Assembly (NCBI GenBank): GCA_947589445.1
Contig: CANQAB010000002.1
Coordinates: 1 to 40,000 of the forward strand
Length of the DNA: 40,000 bases
From: an uncultured Clostridia bacterium
Lineage (GTDB): Bacteria > Bacillota > Clostridia > TANB77 > CAG-508
Direction: 5' to 3'
Shown one piece after another: positions 17,958-26,234 of the stretch; within the stretch, counting starts at the first letter, position 1; each line of letters begins with the position of its first letter. The translations under genes and the position numbers were made by a program. Below the pieces are notes generated by a model. The model saw nothing but the letters and a program-made list of their open reading frames with translations. It had not been told where the DNA came from and did not search any database.

Positions 17958-18461
17958 GTGAAAATTATGAATGTTAATTTCGAAGAAATATATTGTAAGT
18001 ATTATATAAGCATTTATAGGTATCTTTTTTCTATTACAAAAAAAGAAGATATTGCTGAAGAAATTGCTCAAGAAACGTTTTTTAAAGCTATGAAAAATAT
18101 TGATAAATATGATTCAAGTAAAAAAATGTTTACTTGGCTTTGCGAAATAGCTAAAAATACTTATTTTTCTGAATTTAGGAAAAGTAAAAGGCTCCGAGAA
18201 ATAAATGAAATGGACTTTCAAATGGATGAAGAGTCGAGTATCATTGATAAAATAATTGATACCGATAATAAAATAGAAATATTAAATGCCGTACATCGAT
18301 TGGAAGAACCTTATAAAGAATTATTTACATTAAGAGTATATGGAGAATTAACATTTAAACAAATTGGAGAAATATTTCATAAAAGCGAAGATTGGGCAAG
18401 AGTTACTTATTATCGTTCAAAATTGAAAATAAAGGAGTATATGAATGAAAACAAACTGTAA
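17958..18461 (+). CDS. ECF-type sigma-70 family sigma factor (module C)
   Basis: Region 2-like AEEIAQETFFKAMKNIDKYDSSKKMFTWLCEIAKN and region 4-like LTFKQIGEIFHKSEDWARVTYYRSKLKIK. The start may instead be ATG 17967. Confidence 0.75.
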   Translation: MKIMNVNFEEIYCKYYISIYRYLFSITKKEDIAEEIAQETFFKAMKNIDKYDSSKKMFTWLCEIAKNTYFSEFRKSKRLREINEMDFQMDEESSIIDKIIDTDNKIEILNAVHRLEEPYKELFTLRVYGELTFKQIGEIFHKSEDWARVTYYRSKLKIKEYMNENKL

Positions 18462-19554
18462 TATTATAAAAGATTTACTGCCATTATATATTGATGAAAT
18501 TGCTTCAAAAGAAACAATAAAATTAGTAGATGAACATTTAGCAGAATGCAAAAATTGCAAAGAAGCTCTTGGAAATATGAAAGAAGAAATCAGGGTCTCA
18601 AGTATAGATGAAAAGAATGCAATTAAAAACTTTTTTAAAAAGATAAAAAGAAAAAAAAGAATTGCAATCACCTTATCCATTATAATCACTTTAATTTTGG
18701 TAATAGGCGGAGTGAATTTATTGAATAGAAAAGATTTTATAAGGAACTATGAAGAAAATTTAATTACAGTTGAAGAACAAGATGATGGAGGACTTATTGC
18801 TAACATCAATGCTACTGATTATACTGATCTTCACTTTATATTAGAACAAAATATTGATGACTCTGTTGATATTTATATCACATTATTTCAGTCTTTCAAA
18901 GATAAATTATTTCCAGCAGAAGAACCATTCAAATCCATTTCAGTTTCTTCAAAATGTTGGGGACGTTTTATAGATGAAAATATAGAATTTAGTGAAATTT
19001 TGGAGAATAATATGTGGAAAATCATTTTTCATCCAAAAAATGATATAAAAATTGCAAATATTTATTATTTAGAAACAAATGAAAAATATAAAACAATTGC
19101 ATATAGCAATGAAACATGCGACCCAGCCTTTGATATGATTAGAGTTTGGAAAAATAACAATTTGCCTTTTGTTTTTTTGGGATACTGGAGTCCTAGTCAA
19201 ATTTCTACAATTGATATAGAGCAAGCCCAAGAACTTGCGGATGAAAAAACAATGAAAAAAGCTACTGTGAACCGCGAGGATGTTTATCCTAATACAGAGC
19301 TTAGTCCTATGTTAGACATTATTAATATTTTAAATAGCATAAACTTTAAAGATGAAACTTGCAATGAAGCAGCAGATTATTATATCAAAATAAATACTCC
19401 AGAAAAAGGAAATGTTTTTACATATGGACTTGAAATAACTGATAGTGGTTACCATATTACTGCTGTAATCGATGGAAAAGCCAAAGAAGCTGTCTTGTCA
19501 TCAGATTACCAAAACTGGATTGATGATGTTATTCATTATTATTTCAATAAATAA
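18445..19554 (+). CDS. Anti-sigma factor (zf-HC2 N-domain, single TM, extracytoplasmic domain)
   Basis: IIKDLLPLYIDEIASKETIKLVDEHLAECKNCKEAL carries the H-x3-C-x2-C motif, followed by the TM segment IAITLSIIITLILVIGGV. It overlaps the sigma gene by 17 nt. Confidence 0.75.
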   Translation: MKTNCNIIKDLLPLYIDEIASKETIKLVDEHLAECKNCKEALGNMKEEIRVSSIDEKNAIKNFFKKIKRKKRIAITLSIIITLILVIGGVNLLNRKDFIRNYEENLITVEEQDDGGLIANINATDYTDLHFILEQNIDDSVDIYITLFQSFKDKLFPAEEPFKSISVSSKCWGRFIDENIEFSEILENNMWKIIFHPKNDIKIANIYYLETNEKYKTIAYSNETCDPAFDMIRVWKNNNLPFVFLGYWSPSQISTIDIEQAQELADEKTMKKATVNREDVYPNTELSPMLDIINILNSINFKDETCNEAADYYIKINTPEKGNVFTYGLEITDSGYHITAVIDGKAKEAVLSSDYQNWIDDVIHYYFNK

Positions 19555-19639
19555 CAAATGTCTATCATATTATAGAAAAACAAAAATCCTATTTAAATAG
19601 TGCAATATAACAAGTAATATTATAAATAAACATTTATTA

Positions 19640-19669
19640 CACTTACCTTTTTAGGTAAGTGCTTTTTTA
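19640..19669 (+). terminator. Rho-independent terminator
   Basis: CACTTACC / AGGTAAGTG stem followed by CTTTTTTATT. Confidence 0.7.
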
Positions 19670-19683
19670 TTGGAGGTGAAATT

Positions 19684-20472
19684 GTGGAAGATTTAAAAGA
19701 ACTTCTTCGTAGTAAAGAAGAAAAAAGAATCTTAACAGGCAAAATTAGTGGAATAGAAGATGAATATTATAAATTAAAAGGAAAATATATCCCCTGTGCG
19801 ATTATTTGGTACAACGAAATTAAAGTTTTAATTCCTAGCACTCATCTAGGTATAAGTAAAATAAATAAATCTATGATAAGAGGTATGCTAGGATCCGAAA
19901 TAGACTTTATTGTAATAGATATTGATACTACCTCTAATATTGCAATCGCTAGTAGAAAAGATGCTATGGAATTACGCTCTAAATTAAAATTACCTAAATT
20001 AAAAGTAAATGATTCTGTAATTGTCAGAATACTAGCAGTTGGTGTAAAGCATATTATCGTAGAATTATATGGTAAAGAAATTATTATAAAAGCAGACGAA
20101 TTACAACACACATATATTCTTAATTGCAAAGATTATTATTCTCCAGGAGATCATCTAAAAGTAAGAATAAAAAATATTGATATTGAAAAAGATGTATTTG
20201 AATTATCTGCCAAAGATTGTCTTACAAACCCTTTTAATGCTATAAGAAAATACATCACAGAAAATGGTGAATATACTGGAAAAGTTGTTGCTTTTCCTAA
20301 GAAAAATAGTGGAATTGTGGTACAATTAGATGCTTCAAATGTTACTTGCTTAGCGAGAGTCCCTGCAAGATTCAATAAATATCCACATTATTTAGATAAT
20401 GTACTCGTTAAAGTAACTGAAATTAAGGAAAATAAAAAACTAATCTATGCTTATTTAATGAGAATTTTTTAG
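19684..20472 (+). CDS. S1 RNA-binding-domain protein (multiple S1/OB-like repeats)
   Basis: GTG lies 5 nt after GGAGGTG. Repeated S1-like segments include ILTGKISGIED...AIIWYNEIKVLIP, DSVIVRILAVGVKHIIVEL..KEIIIKADEL and EYTGKVVAFPKKNSGIVVQLD..VTCLARV. Confidence 0.6.
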   Translation: MEDLKELLRSKEEKRILTGKISGIEDEYYKLKGKYIPCAIIWYNEIKVLIPSTHLGISKINKSMIRGMLGSEIDFIVIDIDTTSNIAIASRKDAMELRSKLKLPKLKVNDSVIVRILAVGVKHIIVELYGKEIIIKADELQHTYILNCKDYYSPGDHLKVRIKNIDIEKDVFELSAKDCLTNPFNAIRKYITENGEYTGKVVAFPKKNSGIVVQLDASNVTCLARVPARFNKYPHYLDNVLVKVTEIKENKKLIYAYLMRIF

Positions 20473-20482
20473 GAGGTTTGTT

Positions 20483-20959
20483 ATGATAGATAAATTAAAA
20501 GTTATAAACTTTTTGCAAGACGTTGGTTGTGCAAAATTAGAACATCTACAGGTATTATTCGATGCAAGTGAAAAAGAAAATTTTAATAATATTTTAAATA
20601 GCAATTTTGTTAGTAAAAAAGAAAATATATTCATTCATAATAACAGTAAGATAAATGAAAAAATGCTTACTGCACTAGATATATTATGCAAGTATAAGAA
20701 AAGATTAAAATGTTATTATATAGGCTATGAGCCAATATATATAACATTCTTAACAAAAGATAATACGATGTATCACATTATCGTTGCAGACAAATCTAAT
20801 GAGAAAGGAATTGTAAAACAAGTAAATAATCTATCTTGTTTACCTGAAGCTGATAAATACATTTTGGCTTTTGAAGATGAAGAACAGTTAAACAATATTA
20901 AATGTGAAAAACCTTTTTTATATTGTATTTATCCTAATCTAAAAATTATAAATCACTAA
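20483..20959 (+). CDS. Hypothetical protein
   Basis: RBS AGGAGG. Translationally coupled position after the S1-domain gene. No recognisable motif. Confidence 0.5.
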   Translation: MIDKLKVINFLQDVGCAKLEHLQVLFDASEKENFNNILNSNFVSKKENIFIHNNSKINEKMLTALDILCKYKKRLKCYYIGYEPIYITFLTKDNTMYHIIVADKSNEKGIVKQVNNLSCLPEADKYILAFEDEEQLNNIKCEKPFLYCIYPNLKIINH

Positions 20960-21070
20960 TTCTTTCAACAAAATTCCACTTTTTAATAGAATATATTTAA
21001 TTCATACTATAATCTAAGCAATTAAACATTATATTATGTTTAAAATTTATTTAAGAAAGAAGGAATTTTT

Positions 21071-21637
21071 ATGGACGAAAAAGTAAGAGAGGTGCAACTT
21101 TGGTTGGTAAACAATTATGGATTTGATTTGGATGTAGATGGCTTTACTGGAAGAAAAACCGTTACTGCTTTAATTAAAGCTTTACAAGTAGAATTAGGAT
21201 ATTCTTCTAGTGAAATTGATGGTTCTTTTGGTCCTGGAACTGTTAGCCGTTTTGATTCAAGATTTCCTAACGGTCTTAATGTTGAAACATCGCCAACTAC
21301 TCAAAGTACTAAAAACATAATCTACATTTTAAGAGGTGGTATGTATTGTAGAGGAATTAATGGTGGCGATATTGACACAAACGATGCATACAAATTCGAC
21401 ACAGCTTTATCTAAAGGTTCAACTAAGAAAAATTTAATCTATTTAGCTCAATATTTATTATATTTAAATGGATTTGACCCTAATGGTTTTGATGGAAGTT
21501 TTGGAAATGGTGCAACAACAGCTGTTAAAAATTTTCAAACATTAATGCATTTAACTGTTGACGGTAGCATTGAACCTCAAACTTGGTTTGCATTAGCAGT
21601 AAGTTGTGGTGATCAATCTAGAAGTGCCAACTCTTGA
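21071..21637 (+). CDS. Peptidoglycan-binding-domain protein (two PG_binding_1-like repeats); possibly truncated, with no catalytic domain
   Basis: VDGFTGRKTVTALIKALQ..IDGSFGPGT and FDGSFGNGATTAVKNFQTLMHLTVDGSIEPQTWFAL. The ORF stops at 21637, and another frame stays open for about 60 codons beyond it. Confidence 0.55.
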   Translation: MDEKVREVQLWLVNNYGFDLDVDGFTGRKTVTALIKALQVELGYSSSEIDGSFGPGTVSRFDSRFPNGLNVETSPTTQSTKNIIYILRGGMYCRGINGGDIDTNDAYKFDTALSKGSTKKNLIYLAQYLLYLNGFDPNGFDGSFGNGATTAVKNFQTLMHLTVDGSIEPQTWFALAVSCGDQSRSANS

Positions 21638-21921
21638 ACCAGGTGAATCTGTTTCTATTGGCAATAATAATTCAGGAGTTGCTTCTTTTTACCTCACTCT
21701 CACAAATAGTATACCAATTTTGGATAATAAAAAACTTACAATGAGTGCTACATTATTTTATTGCAAAATCTTTATGTTTTATTGATTTTGTCATATTTCC
21801 ATATCATTATAATATTACGATTTTGTAGTTCTATCTGTGCTACTCTTACTTTAGAGAAATTTTAAAATATAATAAATTAGTTCTTTAATATTTAAATAAT
21901 TATACTAGGTCTCTTAATAAC

Positions 21922-22641
21922 CTAGTATAATTTTATTTTATTTAATATTGTATATATTACAGTTTTTGTATTTGGTTTACTATCCGATTCAAATGAAAAA
22001 TAATTTTTAAGTCTTTTACTATCGCAATCATAATACATACTAGTAGTAGCCAAATTTATATTACACTTTACATTATGAACTGTCGTATTATATTTTCTTG
22101 CTATTATTGGATATAAATCTTTTTTAAGATTGATTATATCTTCTTCTTTATTATTAGCAATTATCTCAATACCTTCAATAATGTATTTAGTTCCTTTGTG
22201 AGAAAAATTATAATGAAGGTATCTCATTTCATTTAATATTGCATCTCTATATAATATTTTATTTTTTTCCTCAACAACTAAACTTATACGATGTACTATT
22301 TCATTAAATTCCATAGATTTTGTTATAAAAGACTCTACCAAACTAATTTTTTTAAATTCTTCAATATTATTTAGTACTCCTGATATTATAATTATAGAAT
22401 TTTCATACTTTTTTCTCATACTATCTTGTATATTTTTCACAATCTCAAGACCGTTCATGGTAGGTAAATTATAATCTAGCAATACTAAGTCTATCTTTTT
22501 ATTATTATTCAAAAAGTTTAATGTTTCTTTTCCATCTGTTGTTATAGCAACAATTTTTATATTTTCGTTAATATCATTAATCGCATTAACCAATACTCTA
22601 CTAAAATAAATATCATCATCAGCAACTAGTATATTAATCAT
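21922..22641 (-). CDS. Response regulator with receiver domain and Spo0A-type C-terminal DNA-binding domain (module B)
   Basis: Likely start is MINILVADDD (ATG 22641 after AGGGGAG). The receiver carries DLVLLDYNLPTMNG. The C-terminus HKGTKYIIEGIEII....LKKDLYPIIARKYNTTVHNVKCNINLA resembles Spo0A_C (KG..YL..AI......L.K.LYP.IAKKY.TT...VER.IR.A). Confidence 0.7.
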   Translation of the reverse strand: MINILVADDDIYFSRVLVNAINDINENIKIVAITTDGKETLNFLNNNKKIDLVLLDYNLPTMNGLEIVKNIQDSMRKKYENSIIIISGVLNNIEEFKKISLVESFITKSMEFNEIVHRISLVVEEKNKILYRDAILNEMRYLHYNFSHKGTKYIIEGIEIIANNKEEDIINLKKDLYPIIARKYNTTVHNVKCNINLATTSMYYDCDSKRLKNYFSFESDSKPNTKTVIYTILNKIKLY

Positions 22642-22654
22642 TTCAACTCCCCTA

Positions 22655-22689
22655 TTATTAGATAATAGAAATAAGTAAAAAAGTTTCAC
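22655..22689 (-). promoter_or_regulatory. Candidate ECF-type promoter TGAAAC-N17-TTATCTAA in front of the Spo0A-like gene
   Basis: The minus strand reads GTGAAACTTTTTTACTTATTTCTATTATCTAATAATAGGGGAG. The same motif occurs at 25028-25062 and 39575-39611. Confidence 0.5.
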
Positions 22690-22700
22690 TTTTCTTTCAT

Positions 22701-22730
22701 TTTTATCTTTTTTTATCTTTTTTTATCTTT
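22701..22730. repeat. Perfect 10-bp tandem repeat TTTTATCTTT x3 in a divergent intergenic region
   Basis: Read directly at 22701-22710, 22711-22720 and 22721-22730. Confidence 0.85.
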
Positions 22731-22843
22731 TTAATTCTTTTTCAAAAATACTATTATAATATATCTATCACAATAAGATAAATTCTTATTGTAGTACTTT
22801 TTAAATAGAGTTAGACTAGAATTCAACGGTATGGAGGTATTTT

Positions 22844-23278
22844 ATGAAAAATCTGAGAAAACACAGTAAGCGGTTAATTGCTTTAGCAATGACATTTATT
22901 CTTGTACTATCAATGGGAACTATTTCAGCTTTCGCAGCTGAAAACAGGCCTAAAGATGGTAATGTTTCGCCTTGTACAGTAATTCCCTCTTTTGGAAATC
23001 AAACTTGTACAGCATATGTGTATTCACCAGTTTCTGACAAATTTGTTGTTAGAGCTAACCAAACTATTAGCATAACAATAAATATCGTTTCCAAGTCTAG
23101 CGACGCTCTTGGTTTTTTTTATCAGCTTGTAAAAGATAGCGAATCTGTTAATTCAGAAAAAGTTAATCAAAGTGGTTCAACCACTTTGCACATAACTCTT
23201 GAAGAGGGAGGAACATATTATTTCCTCTTTGGATGTATGAGAGGTTCGTACACATTTAATTACACAATAACAATCTAA
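22844..23278 (+). CDS. Small secreted protein (144 aa), function unknown; contains a sense CGG (Arg) at 22871
   Basis: RBS GGAGG. The signal peptide is MKNLRKHSKRLIALAMTFILVLSMGTISAFA-AE, and the mature part is beta-rich. Confidence 0.65.
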   Translation: MKNLRKHSKRLIALAMTFILVLSMGTISAFAAENRPKDGNVSPCTVIPSFGNQTCTAYVYSPVSDKFVVRANQTISITINIVSKSSDALGFFYQLVKDSESVNSEKVNQSGSTTLHITLEEGGTYYFLFGCMRGSYTFNYTITI

Positions 23279-23305
23279 ACATTTAATGTCTCTAATCTAA
23301 CTCTA

Positions 23306-23348
23306 TAAAAAAGGATGGTTGACTTATATTTAAGTCAACCATTTTTTA
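23306..23348. terminator. Bidirectional terminator between convergent genes
   Basis: GGTTGACTTA (23317-26) / TAAGTCAACC (23331-40), flanked by an A-run and a T-run. Confidence 0.7.
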
Positions 23349-23351
23349 TAA

Positions 23352-24461
23352 TTATGTAACTTTCTTTAAAAAGAATTCTTCATAGCCCTCTATTCTTCCT
23401 TTTATAACATCTGAGAACATTTTTGAATTAATATTATAACTAATATTAATTAAATTACCTTCTACTATTTCCATTGCACTGGCAGTGATAAATCTTTTGT
23501 TTTGTTCATCCCAAATTTGTATACTTGCAGATTTTAAATTTGATATGTCATCGTTTCCTTCATTTTTTATTTTTAAAAGTAATTGTACATTACTTAACTC
23601 TGCAGATATAATCTTGAAATGATTATTGTTCGTTTCTTGATTAATTTCTATGTATTTCCATGTTTGCCTATTTCTAAATTCTTCCTTAATATCAATTTCA
23701 AAATTCCAAGTTCCTTTTATCTCTTTTACTTTATTTTTATTGTTTTTTAAAATTACGTCTTCTAATTGAATGTAAATTTTTTTGCTATTAGGAAATTTTT
23801 CTGTTTCTAGATCACGATATAAATTTATTGTGTTTTTTATATGATTACTATTCACTTTTTCATACATTGACTTGTATCCTGTCGTATAAGCTTTTGTCTC
23901 AATATCTTTTTCTGTTATATCTTGATTATATACTACCATCCCTTCATTTATTATTGTTGGTTTTTTTTCAAAAGTTTTTCTATCTACTTTTTTAGATAAA
24001 AAGTCATTAGAATCACTATCGACAATAACATTTCTATATAGAATATTATTCTTGTCATCCTTTACTAAAATTTTAGAATTAGCTGATGTAATTGGTTCAT
24101 TGTATAAATAATCCAGTTCTATTTGAATATTAAAATCGTCTACTAATATTGAATCAACTTTTATAGACAAATTATCTATTGTTTGATACTGCATATCTAA
24201 TTGTTGAATATATTCATTATTCTCAATTGAATATTGATTATTATTATTGTTATTGAATATGCCTAATTTTTTAGTTGCGAAAGCAATTCCACCAATTGCA
24301 GAAATACTAACAATAACTGCAGCAATTTTTTTAACTAATTCATTTAATATAAAATGTTTTTTTTGAAATTTTAAAATATTTCTTATTCTACTTTCAAAGT
24401 CAGCTGGTTCTTTTATCTTTTTTCTTACAATATCTGATATATATTTATCTATATTATCCAT
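23352..24461 (-). CDS. Single-pass membrane protein, putative anti-sigma factor (module B)
   Basis: It overlaps the upstream sigma gene by 8 nt. It has a short cytoplasmic N-domain, the TM segment IAAVIVSISAIGGIAFA and a large extracytoplasmic domain. Confidence 0.6.
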   Translation of the reverse strand: MDNIDKYISDIVRKKIKEPADFESRIRNILKFQKKHFILNELVKKIAAVIVSISAIGGIAFATKKLGIFNNNNNNQYSIENNEYIQQLDMQYQTIDNLSIKVDSILVDDFNIQIELDYLYNEPITSANSKILVKDDKNNILYRNVIVDSDSNDFLSKKVDRKTFEKKPTIINEGMVVYNQDITEKDIETKAYTTGYKSMYEKVNSNHIKNTINLYRDLETEKFPNSKKIYIQLEDVILKNNKNKVKEIKGTWNFEIDIKEEFRNRQTWKYIEINQETNNNHFKIISAELSNVQLLLKIKNEGNDDISNLKSASIQIWDEQNKRFITASAMEIVEGNLINISYNINSKMFSDVIKGRIEGYEEFFLKKVT

Positions 24462-24996
24462 TTTTTATTCCTCCTTCACATTCGTTCTTTATTTTATTCT
24501 TAGCCCTATAAAGCCTGCTTTTAACAGTATTATCACTTATCTTTAGTATTTGGCTAATTTCCTTAAAAGTAAATTGTTCAGAATAGTACAATATAATAAT
24601 AATCCTTTCCTCATAATTTAAGTTACTTAATAATTGATAAAAATTCATATCACTTTCTATATCGTCTATATTATTCTCATATAATTTATTTTCACAGTCG
24701 TTTAAGTTATCTTCAATACTAACTATTTTTCTTCTATTTTTTTTCATATAATAATGATTACAATTATTTATTAATATCCTGATTATCCATGATTTAAACT
24801 TACTCGGATCTTTTAATTTTTTTATATTTTTAAAAGTTTGTATCATTGTATCTTGTATAATATCATCTATTTCATCATCACTAGTTATACGCATTTTGCA
24901 AATTTTATATAAGTCATTTCTAATTTCTAGTATTAATTGCGTATATGCATCAGCATCTCCATTCTTTGATCTTAATACTAATTCTTCCATTTTCAT
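24454..24996 (-). CDS. ECF-type sigma-70 family sigma factor (module B)
   Basis: Region 2-like DDIIQDTMIQTFKNIKKLKDPSKFKSWIIRILINNC and region 4-like FTFKEISQILKISDNTVKSRLYRAKNKIK. Confidence 0.75.
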   Translation of the reverse strand: MKMEELVLRSKNGDADAYTQLILEIRNDLYKICKMRITSDDEIDDIIQDTMIQTFKNIKKLKDPSKFKSWIIRILINNCNHYYMKKNRRKIVSIEDNLNDCENKLYENNIDDIESDMNFYQLLSNLNYEERIIIILYYSEQFTFKEISQILKISDNTVKSRLYRAKNKIKNECEGGIKNG

Positions 24997-25027
24997 CTTC
25001 CTTTGCCAAATTTATTTTATCATCTAC

Positions 25028-25062
25028 TAATTAGATGATATATAATGTTAAAAAAGTTTCAC
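25028..25062 (-). promoter_or_regulatory. Candidate autoregulated ECF-type promoter TGAAAC-N17-TCATCTAA with an overlapping palindrome
   Basis: The minus strand reads GTGAAACTTTTTTAACATTATATATCATCTAATTAGTAGATGA. The palindrome is TCATCTA..TAGATGA. It lies about 30 nt upstream of the sigma ATG. Confidence 0.55.
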
Positions 25063-25103
25063 TATATAATTATTTTTTATAACATATATTATATTTTAAG
25101 GGT

Positions 25104-25142
25104 AAAAAAAAGTCTATCCCTTTTATAGAGATAGACTTTTTA
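25104..25142. terminator. Terminator at the end of the minus-strand ssb operon (bidirectional shape)
   Basis: AAAAGTCTATC (25108-18) / GATAGACTTTT (25130-40). A T-run follows on the minus strand. Confidence 0.7.
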
Positions 25143-25146
25143 ATAT

Positions 25147-26220
25147 TTATGCTGCCTTCCCCACAGCATAATGTACGTTAAAATTTTCATCAAAAAAATT
25201 TTTATAATTATTGATACACTTTAAATTAAAATTATATCCTAATGGAATTAGATCACTAAATACCCTTCTTGTAATATAATCAATATTTTCGTTAGAATAA
25301 GGTACTCTATACACAAATGTTATGTTTTTAATATCTGTTTTTTCAATTTCTTTTAGCATCACATAAGAATTTGTAATGTTTTGAAATGCTATCATTGGTT
25401 CATTTCTTGTTGCTTTAATAAGAGTTCCTAAAATAAAATTATCTGTAATAATCAAATCTGTAGTTTTCTCATTAATATTATTTTTCATAATATAGCTTCT
25501 AGCTGCAGTACCATTAATTTTATCCTTGCTTGAAAACCATATATCTAAATTATTATTAAATGTTTTATCTAAATGAATTGATAATCCTTGTATATACCCA
25601 TTTTCATCAAACACAGGAACAAAAAAGCCATTACTTCTAGCAAAAGTCCATTTAAAATCTGGTTCTTGGTAAAATCCTGGTATTCCTGCCAGGTTATACT
25701 CTCTTGATAACGCTTTACATATTAGCCTTCTTTTTATTTCTTTTTTAGGAACACTTCTATATAATCCATTATTTATTGTACTATTTAACATTCCAGTATT
25801 TCTTAGATAACTTCTATGTGTTCTTTCTAGTCCTATCATATTCAAAAATGCTCTATATACTTTATCTCTTATTTCAATATCTGCCAATAAATTTATTGGG
25901 CTGATTTGAATTTTTGATCTATCTAGTGAAAAACATTCTCTTTCTAGTAATTTCTTATATGCCTTTTTAGAGTCTATTCCTTTAACCTTTGCATATAATC
26001 CTACTGAATAACCACCCTTACCACATCGTGAACAACAATATTTATTATTATTAATATTAAGACTTAAGGTAGGAATTTTAGTATTTTTATTGTAACCACA
26101 AAAAGGGCATATTGCCTTTGCTTCTTGTCCTTTTGTTTCTACTATTTCTAAACATAAATGAAATGCTACATTTAAAATATTAATGTGTTTTTGTACTTCA
26201 ATATAATCTAAATTTTGCAT
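25147..26220 (-). CDS. CHC2 zinc-finger primase-like protein; ends in -KAA
   Basis: The N-terminus CPFCGYNKNTKIPTLSLN...YCCSRCGKGGYSVGLY fits a CHC2-type primase zinc finger. The C-terminal alpha/beta domain is possibly Toprim-like. Confidence 0.5.
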   Translation of the reverse strand: MQNLDYIEVQKHINILNVAFHLCLEIVETKGQEAKAICPFCGYNKNTKIPTLSLNINNNKYCCSRCGKGGYSVGLYAKVKGIDSKKAYKKLLERECFSLDRSKIQISPINLLADIEIRDKVYRAFLNMIGLERTHRSYLRNTGMLNSTINNGLYRSVPKKEIKRRLICKALSREYNLAGIPGFYQEPDFKWTFARSNGFFVPVFDENGYIQGLSIHLDKTFNNNLDIWFSSKDKINGTAARSYIMKNNINEKTTDLIITDNFILGTLIKATRNEPMIAFQNITNSYVMLKEIEKTDIKNITFVYRVPYSNENIDYITRRVFSDLIPLGYNFNLKCINNYKNFFDENFNVHYAVGKAA

Positions 26221-26234
26221 CTTTTATTTCCTTT

